NCBI GenBank assembly: GCA_963668645.2
Contig: CAXXWC010000010.1
Location: forward strand, 192,001 to 256,000
Length of the DNA stretch: 64,000 bases
Reading direction: 5' to 3'
Source: Desulfobacterales bacterium
GTDB taxonomy: Bacteria > Desulfobacterota > Desulfobacteria > Desulfobacterales > UBA2174
In this document: positions 1 through 9,609 of the stretch, piece after piece
Numbering within the stretch: position 1 is the stretch's first letter
Layout of the letters: each line of letters starts with the position of its first letter
Position numbers and translations under genes: made by a program
The notes under the pieces: generated by a model
The model's database searches: none
What the model saw: the letters and a program-made list of their open reading frames with translations, nothing else
Told to the model about the DNA's origin: nothing

Positions 1-502
1 CAGCGCCGTGGAAGAATCCCTCTATCTGGCCAAGCTGGCCAAGCGGGTCTACATCGCCCACCGGCGCGATGCGCTGCGGGCCAGCCGTATTTTGCAGCAG
101 CGCGCCGAAGCCGACTGCAACATCGAAATCCTCTGGAACACAATCCCGGTGGAAATCCACGCCGATGAGGGCGGGGTCAACCGCATCTCACTGCAGGATA
201 CCCGCAGCGGTGAAAAGCGGGAGATGGCCCTGGACGGGGTCTTCGTCTTCATCGGTTTTGAACCCGACAACACCCTGGTGCCGGCCGGAATCAAGCAGAA
301 CCCCCTGGGCTATGTCATCACCGATGAAAAATGTGAGACCGCCATCCCCGGCATCTTCGCCGTGGGCGACCTGCGCGAAAAATACGCCCGCCAGATCGTC
401 ACCGCCGCTGCCGACGGCGCGGTGGCAGCCCTGGCCGCGGCCCATTACGTCGAAACCCGCAAAGCGGCCGAAGCCGACACCTGCGCCCTGCCGGAAGAAT
501 AG
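1..502 (+). CDS. trxB: Thioredoxin-disulfide reductase, C-terminal part (5' end outside window)
   Basis: Motifs HRRD.LRA, DGVFVFIG, GIFAVGD and RQIVTAAADG typical of TrxB. Confidence 0.92.
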   Translation, partial: SAVEESLYLAKLAKRVYIAHRRDALRASRILQQRAEADCNIEILWNTIPVEIHADEGGVNRISLQDTRSGEKREMALDGVFVFIGFEPDNTLVPAGIKQNPLGYVITDEKCETAIPGIFAVGDLREKYARQIVTAAADGAVAALAAAHYVETRKAAEADTCALPEE

Positions 503-516
503 CCCTTCAGATCCGA

Positions 517-551
517 CCTGCCGGGGAGGGGCTCCTCCCTCCCCGTGCAGG
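517..551 (+). terminator. GC-rich hairpin after trxB
   Basis: cctgc-cggggaggg/gctcct/ccctccccg-t-gcagg inverted repeat; no clear U-tract. Confidence 0.4.
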
Positions 552-701
552 ACTGGTCCCTGTGAGGCCCTTCCCGTGTCATCCCGAACGCCAGTGAGGC
601 GGTCTGCAGTTGCGCATAAATACAGGGACGCGGCATCCTCCTGCCCAAACTGATGAACGGGGAGGTGGCGGTATGCTATTTCCATCGATACCGACAATTG
701 G

Positions 702-843
702 GATGATGTGCAGCGGGCGGCGGCGCAGGCCGATCCCGTCGGCTATGTGGCCGATCTGCCACGACAGGTGGTGCTGGAGGAAGTTCAGCGGGCCCCGGAA
801 TTGTTCACCGCCCTGAAGGTGGCGGTGGATGCCCGCCGGGAAC
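702..843 (+). pseudogene. Fragment of AAA_14/DUF4143-type ATPase
   Basis: Frame not in the ORF track reads DDVQRAAAQADPVGYVADLPRQVVLEEVQRAPELFTALKVAVDARR (Walker B region); no Walker A and no C-terminal domain. Confidence 0.6.
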
Positions 844-1246
844 AAAGAAGCCAGGGAATTGGTACTGCCGGAACCGAAAATTGAAGAAATCGGTCTACGC
901 CTCCGCTTTACTGTCTATTTGGCCAAACCGCATCGTGTACAGGCAGATACCCCCCTGATAGGGAACCAAGTCGCGGCCAGAGTCAGGGGTAGAGTCAAAA
1001 ATGTCTGTACAGGTTATCGCTCTCTTGAAAGAAGGGCCTTTTTCCAAGTCAGAAATAGCAAAACGGTTTGGCAAATCCAAACCAACCCGCTATCTTAATG
1101 ATTTGATGGCCAGATTGTTGCGTGAAGAATATGTGGAATACACCATACCGGATAAACCCAATAGCCGTTTGCAGAAGTATCGGTTGACCGAAAAAGGGAA
1201 AACCGCATTGAAGGTGGAACTGATGAACGGAGAAATCCGCATATGA
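844..1246 (+). pseudogene. Frameshifted C-terminal relic of a RecG_C/wHTH-type protein
   Basis: KEARELVLPEPKIEEIGLRLRFTVYL, then in another frame a wHTH ending TIPDKPNSRLQKYRLTEKG (1001-1246). Confidence 0.55.
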
Positions 1247-2320
1247 GTGAAACCGTCTTCACCAAGGTCGATCATGATTTGGGAACGCTGATCAAGTCTA
1301 TCGCTTTAGGCGTTATCGGATTACCGGATATTCAGCGGCCGTTTGTCTGGAAAAATGCTAAAGTCCGCGACCTTTTCGACTCCATGTATCGCGGCTATCC
1401 GGTCGGCTACCTGCTATTCTGGCAGAACGCCCTGGCAACCGACACTCGTACCATCGGCGTTGATTCCAAGCAAAAACCGCCACGGTTGGTCATCGTCGAT
1501 GGCCAGCAACGGTTGACCTCGCTCTATGCGGTCATCAGGGGAATCCGGGTGTTGCGGCAAAACTTCGAACACGAAACCATCCAGATTGCCTTCAACCCAT
1601 TGATGGAGAAGTTCGAGGTGGCAGATGCCGCCATTAGGCGCGACAAGAGCTATCTGCCTGACATTTCCACACTTTGGAGCGAAAAGACCGATCTTTTCGA
1701 GGTGGTGGATGATTACCTGTCAGGATTGTCCTCTACACGTGAGGTGAGCGAGCAGGAGAAAAGACAGATCCGGAAGGCGATTAGCAAACTCCAAGGACTG
1801 TTGAGCTTTCCCTTCACCGCCCTGGAACTTGACGCAAACATTTCCGAGGAAGACGTTTCCGACGTTTTTGTTCGTGTCAACAGCAAAGGGACGCCGCTCA
1901 ATCAGGCGGATTTCATCCTGACCCTTATGTCGGTTTTCTGGGATGACGGGCGGGCCGAGTTGGAACGATTTAGCCGGGAAGCCAGAAAACCCAGCAAAGG
2001 AGTGGCTTCACCTTACAACTATTTTATCGAACCGTCTCCGGATCAGCTTTTGCGAGTCAGTGTCGGGATAGCTTTCAAGCGGGCCCGTCTCAAGTATGTT
2101 TACTCGATTCTGCGGGGCAAGGACCTTGAAACCGAGCAATTCAGCGACGACCGGCGACTTGACCAATTCGAGCTGCTGAAGAACGCTCAGAAACGGGTGG
2201 TCAACCTTCAGTACTGGCATGACTTCATGGCCTGCCTTCGCTTGGCTGGATTCCGAAGCGCGGCAATGATCAGTTCGAAGAATAATCTGCTATTTTCTTA
2301 TCTGCTCTACTTGATGGGAC
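1243..2320 (+). pseudogene. GmrSD/DUF262 protein, N-terminal part, interrupted by IS3
   Basis: DUF262 motifs IQRPFVW, VDGQQRLTS, FVRVNSKGTPL; frame runs into the IS end at 2321. Confidence 0.88.
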
Positions 2321-2391
2321 GGCGGTGGACCCAATTATTTGGACAGCCTGGTTGGTAGAATAAGCTCCAAGCCGGTTCTGGTATCCGGACA

Positions 2392-3228
2392 TCAGGCAGC
2401 CCCAGCCATGGTGGCAGGCAAACCGTAATAAACATCATCCGGTGTTCTGCCGTCAAGTTTTTGATGAGGGCGCTCCTGGTTGTAAAACGAGAACCACTTA
2501 TCGAGCCCCCGGCGAAGTTCGTTTCCGTTGTCAAAAGCGTGTAGGTAGATGTAGTCGTATTTCAGTGTCCACCACAGTCGTTCAATAAAGATGTTATCCT
2601 GGCAGCGGCCCCGGCCGTCCATGGAGATGGCCACCTGGTGGTCCCTGAGCCGTTCAGTAAAGATCGTGCTGGTAAACTGGGAGCCTTGGTCGGTGTTGAA
2701 AATCTGCGGTTTGTCATAGCGCGCCAGGGCCTCTTCCAGGGCCTCGACGCAAAAGTCGGCCTCCATCGTATTCGACACGCGCCAGGACAGCGTCTTTCGG
2801 CTGTACCAGTCAATGATGGCCACAAGATACATATAGCCCCGGCGCATCGGGATGTAGGTGATATCGGCCGACCACACTTGGTTGGGCCGCTCGATGGCCA
2901 CACCTCGCAGCAGGTACGGATAGACTTTATGCCCGGGATGAGGCTGTGTGGTTCGTGGCCGCGGGTAGATCGCCTTAAGGCCCATCAGTCGCATCAGGCG
3001 CTGGATCCGCTTGCGATTCTTTTTCATGCCATGATGCCGCCAGAGCCAATCGGCCATCTTGCGGCTGCCCCAGGTCGGTGTCTTGAGGAACTGTTCGTCA
3101 ATCAGGCGCATCAGCGCCAAGTCCTCGGGCTTGATCGGCTTGCATTTGTAGTAAAATGAGGAACGGCAAATGTTCAGCATGTCACATTGGCGTACGATGC
3201 TCAGCTTCTCGTGAGATGGATCGATCAT
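2392..3228 (-). CDS. IS3 OrfB, DDE transposase/integrase core
   Basis: PNQVWSADITY, IFNTDQGSQFTS, DNIFIERLW motifs; -1 frame relative to orfA. Confidence 0.95.
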   Translation of the reverse strand: MIDPSHEKLSIVRQCDMLNICRSSFYYKCKPIKPEDLALMRLIDEQFLKTPTWGSRKMADWLWRHHGMKKNRKRIQRLMRLMGLKAIYPRPRTTQPHPGHKVYPYLLRGVAIERPNQVWSADITYIPMRRGYMYLVAIIDWYSRKTLSWRVSNTMEADFCVEALEEALARYDKPQIFNTDQGSQFTSTIFTERLRDHQVAISMDGRGRCQDNIFIERLWWTLKYDYIYLHAFDNGNELRRGLDKWFSFYNQERPHQKLDGRTPDDVYYGLPATMAGAA

Positions 3229-3248
3229 ATCACGGCGCAGGTCGCGCT

Positions 3249-3530
3249 TCAGGAGCCGAGCTTGCGTGATAAAAAATCGTTTTCCACCTTAAGCTGGCCG
3301 ATCTGGCGGTACAGTTCGCCGACCTGGACATCAGTGACCTGCTTGCCTCTGCGCCCTTTCTCGAAGATGTCGGCGGCCCCGTCGAGCAGCTCCCTTTTCC
3401 AGGTGCTGATCATGGTCGGGTGGATATCGAAGCGTTTGGCCAGCTCAGCCAGTGTTTGCTCATTGCGTAAGGCAGCCAAGGCGACCTTGGCCTTGAATTC
3501 GGGTTTGTACTGTCGACGTTTGGTACTCAT
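3249..3530 (-). CDS. IS3 OrfA, HTH transposase subunit
   Basis: RRQYKPEFKAKVAL...ELYRQIGQLKVENDFL; slippery TTTTTTA on the minus strand at 3270-3276. Confidence 0.93.
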   Translation of the reverse strand: MSTKRRQYKPEFKAKVALAALRNEQTLAELAKRFDIHPTMISTWKRELLDGAADIFEKGRRGKQVTDVQVGELYRQIGQLKVENDFLSRKLGS

Positions 3531-3601
3531 GGTCAGATCCTCCTTTTTCGGTCTGACTTAGAGCTTACACCATTGTCCAGTTTTTGGGGACCACCGCCGA
3601 C

Positions 3602-4782
3602 GGACCGAATATGGTGTGCCGGAATTCGACTTACGCGGGGTCATTGCCAGGTGGTTTTTCATGTCGAGTGTGACCGGGCGATTCACAGGGTCGCCGGAGT
3701 CGGCCATGGAGTTCGATCTGGCCCGTTTCCGGGAAGTGAAAAGCGCCGATGAGTTCATCGACACCCTGAATCAGGTCTGCGACATCACCCTGACGAGCGA
3801 TTTCTGGAATGTGACCCTTCCCAACGATTTGGCGACTTCATCGCCCCGGAGCCCGTCCCTGTTCGCTTTTCAGGCGGCACAGGTGATTCTTGATGCACGG
3901 GTGCTTTTCTCGAAAACGAGGGTGAGCGATCTCTTGGACCCGGCCCTGCATGCCCATCGCTCCGCCGTTGAACGGCATCATCTTTTTCCGAAAAGCTATC
4001 TCAAGACCCTCGGTGTAACCGAGATTCGGGATACCAATCAGATCGCTAACTTTGCCCTTGTTGAGTGGATCGATAATAGCCAGATTTCCGGCAGGGCCCC
4101 GGCTGAGTATCTGCCTGATATGACAAAACGTATCGCTCCTGCCGAGATAGGCCGGATGTATCACTGGCACGCCCTGCCGAATGGCTGGGAGACCATGGAA
4201 TACAAGGTTTTTCTGGAAGCCAGGCGTGACAAAATGGCGCAGGTGATTCGTGAGGGTTTTGAAGAATTGTCGAAATCGGAAGCCTCTGTGCTCACCCCAC
4301 CATTTAAGATCGATTTGGAAAAAATCGTGGCGAATGGTGAATCTGCAATGGTCGAATTCAAGTCAACGCTGCGGACAAATCTTCATACGGGTGATAGGGA
4401 CTCACGCATGGAGGCGGCAGTGCTGAAGACCATTGCCGGTTTTCTCAATACCAATGGCGGTGATCTGATAATCGGCATGTCCGATGGCGGCACATCTGTC
4501 GGGATTGAAAGAGACGGATTTGGCAATGAGGACAAGATGAGTCTGCACCTGGTCAACTTAGTCAATTCACGATTAGGGCCGCATGCGATGACCTGTATCC
4601 ATTCGCATTTTGAGGACCACGATGGCAAGCGGGTGTTGGTAGTGCATTGTAGCAAGTCGCCTGCTGCCATATTCGTCAAGGATGGTTCGATAGAAAAATT
4701 CTATATACGGACCGGCCCGTCTACCACCGAACTGAGTGCCAGTCAGACGCAGGACTATATCGGCAAGCGATTCGGGAAATGA
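3602..4782 (+). pseudogene. C-terminal part of the split gene: HNH-like nuclease plus AlbA_2 (Schlafen) domain
   Basis: ERHHLFPK...NQIANFALV...N; GESAMVEFKSTLR...LKTIAGFLNTNGGDLIIG; in frame with 1243-2320 after removing the IS and one TSD copy. Confidence 0.85.
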
Positions 4783-5057
4783 CGCTTTGCGAAGCATGAA
4801 GCTTGAATAAGTATGATCTCAATAATCTCCTCGTCCAAACGCTCGGCACATCGAAGCTCGGCCGAAAGATCTGTACTCTTGTAATACCACCGGCATGGTA
4901 ATCCTGCTCTGAGTTGCCAATGCCAGCAAGGTACAAGTCGAAGCACAAGTCGATCTGAAAATTTTGCAGGCATGTGCAAGCGTCCCCTCTCATCGGCGGA
5001 AATCACAGCGACGCTGTGGACGGGTGGACTGGCTGGGTTGGATGATCGGAGGATCCC

Positions 5058-5708
5058 ATGTCTGAACTGATCCCCAAACACGGCGGCTATCGCAAGCTGA
5101 AAAGCTTTCAGGTGGCACAACTGGTCTATGACTTGACCGTGCGGTTTTGCGGCAAATACATTGACCGGCGCAGCCGCACCCACGATCAGATGGTCCAGGC
5201 GGCGCGGTCGGGCGTGCAGAATATTGCCGAAGGTTCGCAAGCGTCGGCGACGTCGAAGAAGACCGAACTCAAGCTCACCCAGGTGGCCCGCGCCAGCCTG
5301 GAAGAGCTGAAACTCGACTACGAGGATTTCCTGAGGCAGAGGGGCGCACCGCAATGGGAGCGGGAAAATCCACTCCGGCAGGAGTTGATCGACCGGCGGT
5401 GTCAAACCGCCGATGAGGTGGCTGCCTGGGTGGTTGAAGTGGCGAAAAGAGGTGGACAAGCTGGACATGGTGGACGGAGTGGACAGACTTCTGATCCAGG
5501 CTCGCCGTCCACCGGGTCCACAGGGTCCACACTGTCCTCAAAAACCTACCCCGAGCTTTCCGCCAATGCCGCGCTCGTTCTGGTGGCAGTGGCCTGCGCC
5601 CTCCTCGACCGGCAGGTAGAACGACTGGCGACCGATTTCGAAAACCAAGGCGGTTTTACCGAGCGCCTTTATCACGTTCGCAAGGCACATCGGAAAAAAC
5701 AGGGGTAG
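5058..5708 (+). CDS. Four-helix-bundle protein (23S rRNA IVP-like) with suffix domain
   Basis: GGYRKLKSFQ, DQMVQAARSGVQNIAEGS, ARASLEELKLDYEDFL, GGFTERLY; RBS GGAGG. Confidence 0.88.
   Translation: MSELIPKHGGYRKLKSFQVAQLVYDLTVRFCGKYIDRRSRTHDQMVQAARSGVQNIAEGSQASATSKKTELKLTQVARASLEELKLDYEDFLRQRGAPQWERENPLRQELIDRRCQTADEVAAWVVEVAKRGGQAGHGGRSGQTSDPGSPSTGSTGSTLSSKTYPELSANAALVLVAVACALLDRQVERLATDFENQGGFTERLYHVRKAHRKKQG
5451..5538. repeat. 9-bp-period TGGAC array followed by an inverted GTCCA array
   Basis: ggtggacaa gctggacat ggtggacgg agtggacag ... gtccaccgg gtccacagg gtccacact gtcc. Confidence 0.75.
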
Positions 5709-5714
5709 AAAGCC

Positions 5715-6536
5715 TCACGCCCCGGGAAATTCCGGCTTGCGCTTTTCCATGAAGGCCGTGATGGCCTCGGTCAGGTCGTCGGAAGGGATGATGTTGGCGC
5801 TGCGCGAGGCGACATACTTGAGCCCGTCGTCCACCGATTTTCCGATCCCGAAGTTCATCACTTCCTTGGTGGCCTGCACCGCCAGCGGGCTGTTGGCGGC
5901 GATGCGGCGGGCCAGGTCCTCGGCCCCGGCCATCAGGGCCGCCCAATTGGCATAAATTTCGTTGACCAGCAGGATCTCCCGGGCCCGGGCCGCATCGATG
6001 TTGCCCGCCGTGTAGGCCAGCTCCCGGGCCATGCCCTGGCCCACGATGAGCGGCAGCCGTTGGAGAACGCCCACGTCGGCCACGAAGGCCACCGCCGCCT
6101 CGCGCAGGGAAAAGACGGCGTCCGCACAGCAGATCCGGATGTCGCAGGCCGTAGCCAGATCGAGCCCGGCCCCCACGCAGTAGCCGTGGATGGCGGCGAT
6201 CACCGGCTTGGCGCAGCGTTCGATGCAGGTCATGGTCTCCTGCAAGGGGTAGATTTTGTTCAGAAGTCTGCGTTTGACCCCGCCCTTTTGTTCTTTTTCC
6301 ATCAGCTCGGGCAGTTCGGCGGCCATGGCCATCAGGTCGATTCCGGCGCAGAAAGCCTCACCGCGGGCCGCCACGATCACGGCCCGGACGGCATCGTCCG
6401 CATCCAGGTCGGCCATGATGGGCGGCAGCTCGCGCCAGGCCGGCGGATTCATGGCGTTCTTCTTTTGCGGCCGGTTGAGCCATACCCAGGCCAGGGGAGG
6501 ATTCTTGACCACCTCGTAGAACTGATGGGTGCTCAT
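5715..6536 (-). CDS. Enoyl-CoA hydratase/isomerase (crotonase) family protein
   Basis: LNRPQKKNAM, AFCAGIDL, KPVIAAIHGYCVGAG; start chosen at MSTHQ after an AAGGAG RBS. Confidence 0.9.
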   Translation of the reverse strand: MSTHQFYEVVKNPPLAWVWLNRPQKKNAMNPPAWRELPPIMADLDADDAVRAVIVAARGEAFCAGIDLMAMAAELPELMEKEQKGGVKRRLLNKIYPLQETMTCIERCAKPVIAAIHGYCVGAGLDLATACDIRICCADAVFSLREAAVAFVADVGVLQRLPLIVGQGMARELAYTAGNIDAARAREILLVNEIYANWAALMAGAEDLARRIAANSPLAVQATKEVMNFGIGKSVDDGLKYVASRSANIIPSDDLTEAITAFMEKRKPEFPGA

Positions 6537-6583
6537 GGGCACTCCTTTCTGAGACGAAAACCGGAATTTGGGGTCGATTCCTG

Positions 6584-7498
6584 TTACCCGCGCCACTCGG
6601 TATCGTCAACCGTGGTCTTGAAATCGGCGGTCACCACGGCCGGCAGGTCCTCGCCCGCCACGGCGGCCAAGTCCTCGGGTTCCGGCCGGCCCACGAAAAG
6701 CAGCCGCTTGCGGGGGCATTTTTCCATGGCGGTGATGGCATCGGCCAGGTCTCCAGGCTGATAGGCCTCGTAGTCGATCACCGAAAGGTTGTCCTGGATG
6801 GTAAAAAGCTTCGAGGCGCGCTGGCAGGCTTTGCAAGCCACGCAGCCCACGTTGCAGACCTGCATCACATCCTTGCCGGCATCGTGGTTGGAACAGACCA
6901 CCGCCAAAATCCGCTCGGCCTTGAAGGGGGCCATGGTGATGATATTGCGCGGGCAGGCCCGGGCGCAGGCCCCGCAACCCACGCAGCGCTCATAATCCAC
7001 CGTGGCCAGGCCGTCGATCACGTGGATGGCATCGAAATCGCAAGCCTGCTGGCAATCACCGAAGCCCAGGCATCCGTAAGTGCACCCCTGCACCCCGTTG
7101 ACCAGGTTGGCCGCCGCGCAACGCGCTTCGCCCCGGTAAGGGGCGCGCTGCAACCGATCGGCCAGATGGGCCCCGCAATGGACCACCGGCCGATACGGCA
7201 GGCTGGCATCCACGGACACCCCCATGATGGCGGCCAGGGCAGATGCCGTATCCTCGCCGCCCACGGTGCACTTTCCCACAGTGGCGCCCTCGCGCACCAC
7301 GGCCACGGCATACTCGCGGCAGCCCACAAACCCGCACCCGCCGCAGTTGGCCCCGGGCAGGGCCTCCAGGCAGGCGTCGATACGCGGGTCTTCCGGCACA
7401 TGAAACGCCCGGTTGGCCCATCCGAGAACGGCGGCGAAAAAAACGGCCATGGTCAGCAGGGTCACCGCCGAAAGACCGATAACGATCCAGTTCATCAT
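6584..7498 (-). CDS. rnfB: Rnf complex subunit B
   Basis: N-terminal TM helix, LPGANCGGCG, GCLGFGDC and CVGCGACARACP Fe-S motifs; operon position. Confidence 0.93.
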   Translation of the reverse strand: MMNWIVIGLSAVTLLTMAVFFAAVLGWANRAFHVPEDPRIDACLEALPGANCGGCGFVGCREYAVAVVREGATVGKCTVGGEDTASALAAIMGVSVDASLPYRPVVHCGAHLADRLQRAPYRGEARCAAANLVNGVQGCTYGCLGFGDCQQACDFDAIHVIDGLATVDYERCVGCGACARACPRNIITMAPFKAERILAVVCSNHDAGKDVMQVCNVGCVACKACQRASKLFTIQDNLSVIDYEAYQPGDLADAITAMEKCPRKRLLFVGRPEPEDLAAVAGEDLPAVVTADFKTTVDDTEWRG

Positions 7499-7509
7499 GA
7501 TAAGCTTCT

Positions 7510-8301
7510 TTAAGACTCCGTTGGTTTCGCGTTCTGGCCGGGCTGGCTCACCGCATCAGCCGGTGTGGGGGCAGCGGCCGCCGGGGCCGCCTGGACCAGC
7601 GCCGGGCGGGTCAGGGCCGTCTTGAGCCCGCTGTCCACTCCGGTAAATCCCATAAAGGCCATGGCCAGAATCCCGCCCACGATAAGTGCGATCGGCGCCC
7701 CGCGAAACGGGGCCGGCACGTCGCAGTAGTCCAGCTCTTCGCGGATCCCGGCCATGATCACGATGGACAGGGTGAATCCCACCCCGCCGAAAACCGCCAG
7801 GGCCAGGGCCCGGCCCAGATCCCAGCGGGCCTGGGGATTGTCCACCCCCACCACATGGCTCATGATGGTCAGGCAGGCGAAGAGGATGGCGCAGTTGGTG
7901 GTGATCAGGGGCAGAAAGACCCCGAAAGAGCGGTACAGCATGGGGAAAAAGCGGCGCACGTACATCTCCACGAACTGCACCGACGAGGCGATGGCGAAGA
8001 TGTAAACGATGTAGCTCAAGATGGTCAGATCCACCCCGGCGGCGGCCTCGGATCCCACGAACCAGCCGGCCACCCAGCGTGAAAGCGGGGCCCCGGGCAT
8101 GAGCACGTAAGTGGTCATGGCCCAACTGATCATGGCCGCGATGGTGATCACGAAGGTCACGGCGCAGCCCATGCCGAAGGCCATCGACACCCGCCGGCTG
8201 ACCCCGATAAACGGGCAGATCCCCACGAAGTAGTAGAAGATGAAGTTGTTGATCAGGGCCGCGCTCAGGGCGATGAGGAATATGTCGATCAGGTAATTCA
8301 T
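7510..8301 (-). CDS. rnfA: Rnf complex subunit A
   Basis: [35 protein letters not shown]. Confidence 0.92.
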   Translation of the reverse strand: MNYLIDIFLIALSAALINNFIFYYFVGICPFIGVSRRVSMAFGMGCAVTFVITIAAMISWAMTTYVLMPGAPLSRWVAGWFVGSEAAAGVDLTILSYIVYIFAIASSVQFVEMYVRRFFPMLYRSFGVFLPLITTNCAILFACLTIMSHVVGVDNPQARWDLGRALALAVFGGVGFTLSIVIMAGIREELDYCDVPAPFRGAPIALIVGGILAMAFMGFTGVDSGLKTALTRPALVQAAPAAAAPTPADAVSQPGQNAKPTES

Positions 8302-8921
8302 ACCCCCTCCTTGACGCCGCGCCGCTGGCCGATCCAGTTCACCAGCCCCAAAAGCAGGCCGAAGGTGAGAAAGGCCCCGGGCGGCAGGACCATGATCACC
8401 CAGTCGGGCCAGGTTGCGGGCAGGATCCGGAATCCGAACCACATGCCGGTGCCCAAAATTTCACGCACCGCGGCGATGCTCGCCAGCCCGATCCCGAAGC
8501 CTAGCGATTGACCCAGGCCGTCGGCCACCGCCGTCAGCGGCCCCTGCTTGGAGGCGCAGACCTCGCAGCGGCAGATGATGATGCAGTTGACGATGATCAG
8601 CGGGATATAGGGGCCCAGGGTCTTGCTCATGGGATAGACGAAAGCGGCCAGGAGCCGATCGGCCACGGTGACGAAGGTGGCAATCGTCAGGGTGAAAATC
8701 ACGATCCGCAGGTGGGGCTTGAGCAGGTCGCGGATCAGGCTGACGATCAGGTTGGCGCATACCAGCACGAACATCACCGCCGCGGTCATGGTCAGGGCCG
8801 ACATGAGATTGTTGGTCACCGCCAGGGTGGGACACATCCCCAGAAGCTGGCGGTAGGTCGGGTTTTCCGGCAGGACTCCCTGGACAAAGCGCTCCAGGGC
8901 CGTGGGTTGGTTCTTGCTCAA
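8298..8921 (-). CDS. rnfE: Rnf complex subunit E
   Basis: [34 protein letters not shown] start overlapping the rnfG stop. Confidence 0.92.
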   Translation of the reverse strand: MSKNQPTALERFVQGVLPENPTYRQLLGMCPTLAVTNNLMSALTMTAAVMFVLVCANLIVSLIRDLLKPHLRIVIFTLTIATFVTVADRLLAAFVYPMSKTLGPYIPLIIVNCIIICRCEVCASKQGPLTAVADGLGQSLGFGIGLASIAAVREILGTGMWFGFRILPATWPDWVIMVLPPGAFLTFGLLLGLVNWIGQRRGVKEGV

Positions 8922-9604
8922 GGGGCCGCCTTTCCGGCCGCGCCGGTCAATTCGGGTTTCAGGTCGGCCAGCGTCTGATTGACGATCCCGGTGACGCTGC
9001 GCGATGAGATGGTGGCGCCGGTAATGGCGTCGATCTGCCCGGGTTGATCCGCGCCGCCCTTGACCACCTCCAGGGCCGCGGCGGTGGGCCTGCCGGTGAA
9101 CTGGCCGCGCCACTGGTCGGTGGAAATCTTGTTGCCCAGGCCCGGGGTCTCTTTTTGATCCAGCACGAAAAGCCCCGTGATCCGTTCGACATCCGGGCTC
9201 AGGCCGAGCAGCAGTTCGATACGGTCGGCATACCCCTGGCCGGTCGTCTGAATCACCCAGCCGGCCCGTTTGCCGTTCCAGGCCGCATCGTAAACCCGGT
9301 AGTATGCGGTCTGGCCGTTGCGGGTCACCGGCAGGTTGCGCGTCTCGATGGAAAGGTGCTGCCCTTCGGCGGCCATTTTGGCTGTCAGTTCACGCCCCCA
9401 TACCAGCTCCGGCACCTTGGAAAGGGTCTCGTTGCTCTTGTTGGCCGCGATGGCCGGTCCCAGCGCGAGCTGCACCGCGGCCAGAACGGCCCCGAAGCCC
9501 AGAGCCAGCACCAGCATCAACCAGCCCTGGATCAGATAGTTGTCCCGCCAGCCTTTCTTGGGGGGCAGAACGGTCTGCCCGCTTGCTTTATCCATGGTCG
9601 TCAT
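8918..9604 (-). CDS. rnfG: Rnf complex subunit G (FMN-binding)
   Basis: GY.DRI, ETPGLG, IDAITGATISS flavinylation motif. Confidence 0.92.
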   Translation of the reverse strand: MTTMDKASGQTVLPPKKGWRDNYLIQGWLMLVLALGFGAVLAAVQLALGPAIAANKSNETLSKVPELVWGRELTAKMAAEGQHLSIETRNLPVTRNGQTAYYRVYDAAWNGKRAGWVIQTTGQGYADRIELLLGLSPDVERITGLFVLDQKETPGLGNKISTDQWRGQFTGRPTAAALEVVKGGADQPGQIDAITGATISSRSVTGIVNQTLADLKPELTGAAGKAAP

Positions 9605-9609
9605 CGGTT

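Larger units (their letters stand above)
2321..3598 (-). mobile_element. IS3-family insertion sequence, 1278 bp
   Basis: Imperfect IRs ggcggtggacccaattatttggaca (2321-2345) and tgtccagtttttggggaccaccgcc (3574-3598); 3-bp TSD GAC at 2318-2320 and 3599-3601; orfA plus orfB. Confidence 0.93.

Noticed and set aside
5058..5708. Diversity-generating retroelement or 23S rRNA intervening sequence
   Set aside because: No reverse transcriptase, no TR/VR pair and no rRNA sequence nearby
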